DNA from: an uncultured Candidatus Saccharibacteria bacterium
GTDB taxonomy: Bacteria > Patescibacteriota > Minisyncoccia > Phycocordibacterales > EsbW-18
NCBI GenBank assembly: GCA_964447415.1
Contig: CAYUSN010000001.1
Coordinates: forward strand, 33,735 to 97,734
Direction: 5' to 3'
DNA length: 64,000 bases
Below the pieces are notes generated by a model. It saw only the letters and a program-made list of their open reading frames with translations. It was not told where the DNA came from and made no database searches. This document shows, piece after piece, positions 57,036 through 64,000 of the stretch; positions within the stretch are counted from its first letter, which is position 1; each line of letters starts with the position of its first letter. The position numbers were made by a program, and so were the translations under genes.

Positions 57036-57649
57036 TTATGCGAGCAATACTTTCGGGCGGTACTGGAGCGCTTCAAGAATATGCGGTGTGCCCACATCTT
57101 CGGCGTTTTCCAAATCGGCAATCGTGCGTGCAATTTTTATGACGCGGTGATAGCCGCGGGCGGAAAGCTCAAGCGCCCCCGCTGATTCATTGAGAAGCGT
57201 GCGTGTCTGCGTATCAAGCGGAACGAATGTGTCGAGGTCGCGCACCGACATCTCGCTGTTCTTCTTTTTTCCTGTGTCGCGCAGTCGTATCTCCTGTATG
57301 GCGCGCGCACGGATAACACGTGCGCGTATGTCTTCGCTCGTTTCTCCCGACGGTGCGCGTGACAGGGCTTCGTGTGCAACAGGCGCAACTTCCGTCCACA
57401 AATCAATACGATCCATCACAGGACCCGACATTTTTCGCTGGTATCGCGAAAGTATGTGCGGAGAACAGGTGCACGCACGAGCACTTCCCCACTTTCCGCA
57501 CGGACACGGATTAAATGCAACGACGGTAAGCGCGTCTGCGGGAAACAGCGCTGAACCTTTTGCGCGCGAAACCGAGACAATACGTTCTTCAAGCGGCTGA
57601 CGGAGCGCTTCGATAACACGACGGTCAAATTCGGGAAATTCGTCCAGTA
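57036..57649 (-). pseudogene. comM: 3' half of comM/yifB (Mg-chelatase-like ATPase), cut at the Walker B motif by the right element
   Basis: LDEFPEF..EALRQPLE, NPCPCG, SGP.MDRID, LSARGYHR..KIARTIADL, EALQYR; upstream sequence is unrelated and AT-rich. Confidence 0.9.
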
Positions 57650-57701
57650 TTTCTGTCCCACAAACCTTTAGAAAAGATGTCAAAAAAGGTAAAATTACCC
57701 C

Positions 57702-59363
57702 ATGACAACCCATCCCCACGATGAAGCAGAAAGCCAACGAGCTAAACACACGAGCGACATTTTGGGGTCTAAATCCGAGAAAATTGTTGTAGTTGCTGGG
57801 CCTGGAACAGGTAAAACTTTCCTTTTCAGTAAAATCCTTGAGGGCAAAACAGGAGGCAACACACTGACCCTCTCCTTCATAAATGCCCTCGTAGATGATT
57901 TGTCCCTCGGCTTATGTGGTCTTTCAGAAGTAAAGACCTTGCATGGATTCTCGATGTCTACCTTAAATGGAGCTGGCAAGACAAAGATTAAGATTTTTCC
58001 AAAACTTTGTGAGGTCATTAAAAAAGACGCAGAAATGCTCTTAGGAAAGAAAGTGGATTTTGAAAAAATGTTCCAAACAGGAGAAGCAGACGAAGATCTT
58101 ATTACCTTTTACAAAAAAAGAAAAGACTCATATGGCTCTTTTTATGGATTCTCAGACGCTGTTTATGCAGTTGTGAAGTATATGGAAGCGTACCCAGATA
58201 AGATTCCTGCCTTTGCTCAGATTGTTGTCGATGAATTCCAGGATTTCAATAAGATAGAAGTAAGCCTTATTGAACTACTTGCCTCAAAGAGTCCAATTGT
58301 GATTGCTGGGGATGATGACCAGTCTTTATATGTCGATTTAAAGAGTGCTAGTCCAGAATTTATTAGGGAGATTCATGGGCCAAAGCGTCCTGAGTATGAA
58401 TCTTTTAATTTGCCTTTTTGCTCTCGTTCTACGCAGGTAATCGTAGAAGCAATAAACGATGTAACGAGCAAAGCAAAAGAGAATGGCCTGTTGGATGGAC
58501 GGGTCGAGAAACCATATCAATACTTCACTTGTAAGGATAAAGATAAGGAAAGCACAGCAAATCCAAAAATAGTTCACGCACAGGTATTTGAAAAAGCCGT
58601 GCCGCAGTTCATTCAAAGCGAAATGTGCGAAATTGCAAAAACCGAGCGCAAGAAAGTAAGTGTCCTGGTCATTATCCCTCCCCAACTTAAGAGTCGTTTA
58701 TTACCTTACTACTCGAAGAAGCTCAAAGAGAAAGGATTTAAAAATATTGCCAGTGTTGATTCATCTTCAAATAAGGGATTAACACTCATGGATGCTCTCC
58801 ATCTCTTATTAGATGATAATAAATGTGAACTCGCTTGGCGCATCGTTGCACAGACTCTACTAGACGAAAAAGACTTCAAGACCCTATTAGAAACAACGAA
58901 TAGTGGTAAAAAAGTATCAGAACTTCTATCAAAAGATATAAAAAAGCAGGTAAATGAGTATGTGCAGTGCCTTAAAAAGATTCGTGACGAAAAGGAATGC
59001 GATACCGAGAAACTTGACGAACTATTTAAAGCAATAGGGATTGACCCACTTCAAATCGCATCCGAAAAAATCAAAGAAGAAATTCAAAGTAAGGATTGGA
59101 ACGGAACCAGCAGGAGAGAAATTAAAGAAATGGATATTGCAGTGACTACAATACCTAGTTCAAAAGGACTAGCGGCAGATTATGTTTTTATTACCCACTT
59201 TGACCAACCTTACTTTTCTCAAAAAGGAAAAGTGACTGATGGAGATGTATATAACTTCCTGGTCGCGCTCACTCGCGCTCGTAAGAAGGCATATTTGATT
59301 TCTACTCAAGAGAAGAATCGCCCCACAATCTTGGATTGGATAGATAAAGACCGTATCCAATAG
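57702..59363 (+). CDS. Compact UvrD-like (SF1A) helicase, possibly defence-related
   Basis: AGPGTGKT, VVDEFQDFN, GDDDQSLY, SSKGL, VALTRAR. Confidence 0.85.
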   Translation: MTTHPHDEAESQRAKHTSDILGSKSEKIVVVAGPGTGKTFLFSKILEGKTGGNTLTLSFINALVDDLSLGLCGLSEVKTLHGFSMSTLNGAGKTKIKIFPKLCEVIKKDAEMLLGKKVDFEKMFQTGEADEDLITFYKKRKDSYGSFYGFSDAVYAVVKYMEAYPDKIPAFAQIVVDEFQDFNKIEVSLIELLASKSPIVIAGDDDQSLYVDLKSASPEFIREIHGPKRPEYESFNLPFCSRSTQVIVEAINDVTSKAKENGLLDGRVEKPYQYFTCKDKDKESTANPKIVHAQVFEKAVPQFIQSEMCEIAKTERKKVSVLVIIPPQLKSRLLPYYSKKLKEKGFKNIASVDSSSNKGLTLMDALHLLLDDNKCELAWRIVAQTLLDEKDFKTLLETTNSGKKVSELLSKDIKKQVNEYVQCLKKIRDEKECDTEKLDELFKAIGIDPLQIASEKIKEEIQSKDWNGTSRREIKEMDIAVTTIPSSKGLAADYVFITHFDQPYFSQKGKVTDGDVYNFLVALTRARKKAYLISTQEKNRPTILDWIDKDRIQ

Positions 59364-59401
59364 ATTCCCCAGTATCGTCCCTCTGAGAGTGTTGTGGGAA
59401 C

Positions 59402-60085
59402 TTACACACCTCCTTTTGTGTGGTACATGCCTGGATTAGCAACAAGTAAATCACGGCTTCGCTCGTGCTGGCTCAATGTTTTGATGTGCAAAATAAGTCT
59501 CATGTTGTCCTGCTGTGAAACAGGCTCGATGTGTTTATCACTCATTACACGTGTCGAAACGGGAAACCTAAAGAATACCTCTGCATAGTTCTTCTTAGGG
59601 AATAGGTTAATCCTCTCAATGAACAGACGGAGTATGTATTGCTTGTCCTCGTAGCTGACATTTTCCAGTCTCGTCTTGATTTGCTCATACAATTTTTTAA
59701 GCACGACCCCTCTGTCTTTCCGTTCGTCACGTTTAATGAGTACCTGTTCAAATTTAGCTTTCTGATTCTCCATTGCTTCAATGTTCTCGTTACACTCCCT
59801 CAAGTGTTGTTCACACTCTTTCTCTGGAAGACTCTTAAACATGAAAGCTCTGGTAATCCGAGCACGTTGTTCTAGGAGTGATTTGATTTGCTTTTCACAC
59901 TGAGCAATCTTCTCCTTTGCCTTGTCTGCATTTGAATTCTTGAATGTGTACTCTTCCAGTTTTGGTATCACATTCTCAGGGTCTTTAAGTATGGAAACGA
60001 GACACTCCCAAATCGGCTCGAGTCGTGTCTCGGCGTACTGGTATCGCACAAATTTATTCTCTGGATTATTCGCGTTCTCTAACAT
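59402..60085 (-). CDS. C-terminal coiled-coil part of a split LSR
   Basis: Coiled coil and K..ILR.FIERI pattern of LSR C-termini; overlaps the upstream ORF out of frame. Confidence 0.7.
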   Translation of the reverse strand: MLENANNPENKFVRYQYAETRLEPIWECLVSILKDPENVIPKLEEYTFKNSNADKAKEKIAQCEKQIKSLLEQRARITRAFMFKSLPEKECEQHLRECNENIEAMENQKAKFEQVLIKRDERKDRGVVLKKLYEQIKTRLENVSYEDKQYILRLFIERINLFPKKNYAEVFFRFPVSTRVMSDKHIEPVSQQDNMRLILHIKTLSQHERSRDLLVANPGMYHTKGGV

Positions 60086-61154
60086 ATGTGTGATAGTACT
60101 TTCCTAGTGTTCGTGAATCCTTTCCAATTTTTGGGGTTTGATACCCACTCTGCAACTTGTTACCTGTCTCTCCACAATAAAGGAGTGTTGAATACAGGTA
60201 TGGTCTCTTGGTGTTTCGCTTTGAGTTCTCTCGATTCTTTTTGAGTTGTTGGATTGAAGCCTGAAACATCTCCTTGCTAATAATCTGCGGAACTTTAATC
60301 GGTATCCACTCTTCCTCTGGTCTCTGATGTTCTTCTTCCAGTACAGCGTCAAGATACTTAAATGGCCTCTTGTACTTTCTGTAGTAGAAGTCGCCCGTGT
60401 ATACCTCGTTAACTAACAGCCGATTTATGCTCCGCTTCCACCAGTAGTTAAACGTCTTTCGTTTCTTCTGTGTGTTGTGCTTCGGAGCTGGCATTTCCAA
60501 TTGGTTTGCTCGCTTTGTGATTTCAGTGAGTGAGCAACGCTCGTACACAAGCCAGTGATAGAACTGCTTCACGACCTCAGCTTCCTCTGGGATGATGTGT
60601 AGTTGCTTTGTTTTCTTATCTACCTTGTAGCCATAGGGAGGAACTCCTGTGACCCACTTGTTGTCTCGTGCGGCCTGTTCACGTCCTCCACTCATTCGTT
60701 CCCTAATAACTTCTCGTTCAAGCTCCGCTAGGCTTCCCAGCATTTGAAGAACAAACCTACCGTTTGGGGTACTGGTATCGAATGATTCAGTACATGACTT
60801 AAATTCAATGCCCAACTCAAGAAGTTTCTCTACGGCGTCCAGAAGCTTTCTCGTGCTTCTAAAGAATCTGTCGAGACGATAGACGATGACGATATCGAAT
60901 TTCTTAGCTTTTGCATCCTCGAACAACTGCTTCAATCCCTCACGTTTCTCGATAGCAAGTGAACCTGACTTTCCCTCGTCTCCATAAGTGAGTATCGTTT
61001 CGTTGTCATAGATATCTGGCTGGCTCTCGCAGAACTTTTGTAGTCGTTCTTTTTGTACCTTGATTCCATACTTGTCGTCCTTTGCCTGCTCATCAGTAGA
61101 GACTCGCGTGTATAGTGCAACCCTCTTCTTTTGTATTTTTAATTCACTTTGCAT
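60066..61154 (-). CDS. Large serine recombinase, N-terminal part (split/frameshifted)
   Basis: ALYTRVST, YRLDRFFR, PPYGY, YTG, PQIIS; stops inside the Zn-ribbon region. Confidence 0.88.
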   Translation of the reverse strand: MQSELKIQKKRVALYTRVSTDEQAKDDKYGIKVQKERLQKFCESQPDIYDNETILTYGDEGKSGSLAIEKREGLKQLFEDAKAKKFDIVIVYRLDRFFRSTRKLLDAVEKLLELGIEFKSCTESFDTSTPNGRFVLQMLGSLAELEREVIRERMSGGREQAARDNKWVTGVPPYGYKVDKKTKQLHIIPEEAEVVKQFYHWLVYERCSLTEITKRANQLEMPAPKHNTQKKRKTFNYWWKRSINRLLVNEVYTGDFYYRKYKRPFKYLDAVLEEEHQRPEEEWIPIKVPQIISKEMFQASIQQLKKNRENSKRNTKRPYLYSTLLYCGETGNKLQSGYQTPKIGKDSRTLGKYYHTYVRERE

Positions 61155-61576
61155 GGCTTTTTGTTTCCACGTTCAAACTCCACTAAGAGCCGGCCCGCGA
61201 CCTCAGTGAATTTGCCGACCATGTCTAATGTTTCTGTTGCCGACATCAAAACCACGTTATGGTTTTGTAATATCTCCATGAGCTTACACATCTGTTGAGT
61301 ATCACGATAGATTCTGTCCAACCTGTAGACTGCTAGGATGTCGAACTTTCCTTGCCCAATATCTTTTAGGAGTCGATTTAGTGCAGGTCTATGTGTTGCA
61401 GGTAGAGAACCTGAATATGCCCGGTCTACATATGTGTTTTCTTCTTTGACCTGTAAGTTTTGCGCTTCACAGGATTCAAGAACAGTTGCCTTTTGGACAT
61501 CCACTCCGTTGCGTTGCCAATCGGTAGACGTTCGTAGGTATATAGCTACTCTCTTGTTCGTTTGTTCTTTTTTCAT
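61139..61576 (-). CDS. Small serine recombinase, catalytic domain only
   Basis: AIYLRTST, D..YSG, RPAL..LL, YRLDRI.R; 145 aa with no DNA-binding domain. Confidence 0.8.
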   Translation of the reverse strand: MKKEQTNKRVAIYLRTSTDWQRNGVDVQKATVLESCEAQNLQVKEENTYVDRAYSGSLPATHRPALNRLLKDIGQGKFDILAVYRLDRIYRDTQQMCKLMEILQNHNVVLMSATETLDMVGKFTEVAGRLLVEFERGNKKPCKVN

Positions 61577-61722
61577 AATTTTATGTTTGTGAACCTCACT
61601 ACCAGTCGTCCGTTTTTATTTTTGACATTGAACTTCTTAGTCTTTGGAAACCCTGCATTATTGAGCAGGTCTCGTACAAAGCTTTCTGGGGTGAATTTCT
61701 TAGTTTTGGTTTGTTTTTTCAT
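61573..61722 (-). CDS. 49-aa basic protein translationally coupled to the resolvase
   Basis: MKKQTKTKKFTPESFVRDLLNNAGFPK...NIKL*; ATGA overlap at 61573-61576. Confidence 0.5.
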   Translation of the reverse strand: MKKQTKTKKFTPESFVRDLLNNAGFPKTKKFNVKNKNGRLVVRFTNIKL

Positions 61723-62037
61723 ATTCCTATAAAATGGCTTAGGTAAGCCGTTTATAGGACATATTAGATAAGGTAGTTACAACTATGTACAGGTGTCCTG
61801 TCTATAAGCCCTTCTGTGATTCGCGCGCGTAGTTTTCAATTTCTCCTTCTGGAAGGAAAAACAAACTATCTGCTACATGGCTCATTTCAAACTACATTTC
61901 CAGCAAACAAACCATTTTGTAATTTATTTTTTGTTAATAATCTATCTATTGTCTGAACCACCATGAGTACACTTTTCCGCATTCTGCATGAATCAAATCT
62001 ATCCAACTTTGAATCACCATGATTCACGCAAGTGTAC

Positions 62038-62706
62038 TTATAGAGATATCCTTGGCCCTTCTTGGTCTTTCTGCCTCTGCACATATGCCACCAAGCTTGC
62101 CCACTTCCTTTCCAAATCTACTGGTGAGCCAATCACTGGTGCATACTTCTTTCCATTTGTGACTCCCACAAGAGATATCGCTTGCTCCACCATATCCACT
62201 CCATAATGCTTAATGAGTTTTTCTATTGCTCGCACCTGTCTTTTTTCTTCCTTAAACTCATCCGTCTTGTGGTGTGCAATCAACCTAAACATCTCAATCA
62301 TCCTCTCCGCCTCCGTAGTCAATGACACCTTAACGTCCTCCGCCTCGCCCTCGACCGCTTCCGCAAGGACCAAGCTAATGTCATTTGTTTTGTATTTTGA
62401 CCTGTGAACCACGATGAATCCTTTTTCTTCGAGAGCTTTTAATGCTCTTGGAACTTGTGCCTTGCTTACGCCCGCTCCCTTGTTCCTTTCCCCGATACCT
62501 GACACAAACTGGCTAATGCTAATTTTGTCCCTCGTTTTTAAGTAGCCGTATGTGTTCCGAAGAATGAAGTCCAGACACTTTTGTTCGGCTCCGCTAAGTG
62601 AATGCCACCATGACTCAAGAATTGTTGGATACTTGAAGAAGTCCCTCTTGTACTCCTTTTTGAATCCGGGGAATCTCTTATTCTGTTCATGGTTGTTATT
62701 TGTCAT
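62038..62706 (-). CDS. Phage-type replication initiator-like protein (wHTH)
   Basis: LS.AE.K....I.R.TYG....D.IS.SQF; AL..LE.KG.I. Confidence 0.7.
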   Translation of the reverse strand: MTNNNHEQNKRFPGFKKEYKRDFFKYPTILESWWHSLSGAEQKCLDFILRNTYGYLKTRDKISISQFVSGIGERNKGAGVSKAQVPRALKALEEKGFIVVHRSKYKTNDISLVLAEAVEGEAEDVKVSLTTEAERMIEMFRLIAHHKTDEFKEEKRQVRAIEKLIKHYGVDMVEQAISLVGVTNGKKYAPVIGSPVDLERKWASLVAYVQRQKDQEGPRISL

Positions 62707-62899
62707 GCGCTCCGTTCTTGAGATCTCCTGGAAAGGGTTCAATCCAATGTTCTTTAAATGGTCTTTCTCCTCTCACTATCTGTCCGTGCATGACAGGATT
62801 CTTTCGCTCTAGCCAACGCATGAACTTGTCTTTTCTTGGCTCAATCCAACGGCTTCTCTCCAACCAGTCCTCTGGTAGTGTCTCTTTTAGTTTTCCCAT
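62696..62899 (-). CDS. Small hypothetical protein
   Basis: Overlapping-operon arrangement. Confidence 0.45.
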   Translation of the reverse strand: MGKLKETLPEDWLERSRWIEPRKDKFMRWLERKNPVMHGQIVRGERPFKEHWIEPFPGDLKNGAHDK

Positions 62900-62900
62900 G

Positions 62901-63221
62901 CTATTTCTGGTTAGAATCAATAATTGCTTTCAAGGTTTGCTTCTGAGCGTCAACCGCAAAACACTTTCGCAAATGTTCCCAATACTCTGCTTGTCTCCGC
63001 ATGGAATTTGCAATTTGCGCCATCCGAGTGTTTGCCAACAGGTAGTTGCCTTGCTCCATTTCACTGATATTGAGCTTGATAGCCCCAACCCACTTTTCTG
63101 TAACCTCACCGAGAACATCAAGTCCGTGTTGACTCTGTTCAATCAAAGTCTCTTGGTAGCACTTGTCGAACTCCACCTTTGTTGGGTCGAGCGTTATTGT
63201 TATCTTGTTCGTTTTCTCCAT
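62901..63221 (-). CDS. Hypothetical helical protein
   Basis: Probable start MEKTNK at 63221. Confidence 0.55.
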   Translation of the reverse strand: MEKTNKITITLDPTKVEFDKCYQETLIEQSQHGLDVLGEVTEKWVGAIKLNISEMEQGNYLLANTRMAQIANSMRRQAEYWEHLRKCFAVDAQKQTLKAIIDSNQK

Positions 63222-63489
63222 GGCTTTGTTTGTTATGATTTTGTAATTTAACAGGGGTGTTGAGAATAAAATCAAAGAGTAACGACCACATTGTCTCGTT
63301 TTCGACAACGCCACCTTCATTTGTTTTTGCATTACACTCCCGCATGTTCCTATAAAAACAAAGCAGGATTTCCTCCGCTGGAAATTCTTTTTTTACTCCA
63401 GTGGATAAACCAAAAGACCCAGTTTTAATAAGCAAAATGAAAACACCCCTTTTGAGTGTGGTGTTAAAATATTTCGTGTTTAACTCCAG

Positions 63490-64000
63490 TTAATCTTTCA
63501 CAGTAAGGAGCACTTCGTTTCTTGTGCAGGTCAGAGACATGTCATAGCCCTCTCTCGTTAAGTTTTTTACAACACCCCTGATTCTGGCCATAAGAGAATC
63601 AGTTTTATTTTTACCCCTTAATTCGTCAATACTCACTACGAGTCCAGCATTTTTAGTAAACAAATCAAAACGCACTCCATTCCCCGCCTTGAGCACTTTG
63701 CCATTTTGTAAGTGTCGTCTGTTACCCCATAGTTCTTCAAAAATCCGCAAGGTAGCAGTTTTATTTCTATATTTTTCTCCACGAAATTCGTGAGTCGGTA
63801 GCCCATCCTTCTTAAGTGTTTTTGTATCTAAACGATACGCTGTCTTTCCAGACACTTCCTCCTCTTTATTTTTTTGCCCCGTGCTCTTTGTGGAGTATGT
63901 GTCTATAAAATTTGTAAGTCTTTCAAAATCCAGAACCTTAACTGGGAAGAACTTTTCAAAAGTTGCAGTATTCCCCTCATCATCAATTTCTGCAAAGTCC
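63490..64000 (-). CDS. C-terminal part of a hypothetical protein (frame open to the window end)
   Basis: No stop in frame from 63999 to 63490; basic, possibly wHTH-like C-terminus. Confidence 0.6.
   Translation of the reverse strand, partial: DFAEIDDEGNTATFEKFFPVKVLDFERLTNFIDTYSTKSTGQKNKEEEVSGKTAYRLDTKTLKKDGLPTHEFRGEKYRNKTATLRIFEELWGNRRHLQNGKVLKAGNGVRFDLFTKNAGLVVSIDELRGKNKTDSLMARIRGVVKNLTREGYDMSLTCTRNEVLLTVKD

Larger units (their letters stand above)
57650..64000. mobile_element. Integrative element inserted in comM (extends beyond the window)
   Basis: Abrupt GC drop at the comM break; serine recombinases and a replication-initiator-like gene. Confidence 0.85.

Noticed and set aside
57650-57749. 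N-terminus of ORF 57036..57749 as a real comM start
   Set aside because: A chance open frame in element DNA; the ATPase N-half is missing.
60066-60085. Stop-codon reassignment or readthrough joining the LSR halves
   Set aside because: The halves are in different frames, and TGA/TAA/TAG all act as stops elsewhere in the window.
1-64000. CRISPR array, cas genes, reverse transcriptase/DGR, rRNA
   Set aside because: No regularly spaced repeat-spacer run, no RT motif, no TR/VR pair and no rRNA-like sequence seen.

Overview
The window looks like a Patescibacteria (CPR, Parcubacteria-like) chromosome segment in genetic code 11. The GC-richer core (~10.8-57.6 kb) carries the replication-origin region (dnaN-dnaA-rpmH-rnpA-yidC), seven tRNAs, ruvA/B/C, polA, pcrA, tyrS, murE, a class A PBP, type IV pilus genes (pilM/N/O-like, pilB) and the CPR-type T4SS-like cluster (pilin, VirB4, PrgI, VirB6-like). 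Two AT-rich integrative elements with large serine recombinases (LSRs) flank the core. The left element (~113-10756) appears complete and sits in the 3' end of tRNA-His. Its 7-bp core TGGGGTG lies inside the LSR's own last codons, so the integrated enzyme ends in a peptide read antisense from the tRNA (WGAYWESNPD*). Excision would join an in-frame alternative tail (WGDVIEDVRTVFERRNDASIYVPCL*) stored 10.6 kb away at 113-190. A decayed second copy of this tail at 2043-2123 suggests cargo was added between att half-sites. The LSR is preceded by a strongly structured leader with two competing folds. The right element (from ~57650 beyond the window end) interrupts comM and carries a lone UvrD-like helicase, a split LSR and a small resolvase. 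Other items worth checking are an orphan promoter-driven structured RNA between pilB and ruvB, a tRNA-Ser 5' duplication, a MITE-like insert at the prgI start codon, a pilin fused to an M15-like peptidase domain, shared Trp-rich terminal tags on exported proteins, and repeated leaderless-type promoters. All calls come from reading the sequence by eye; no database searches were run.
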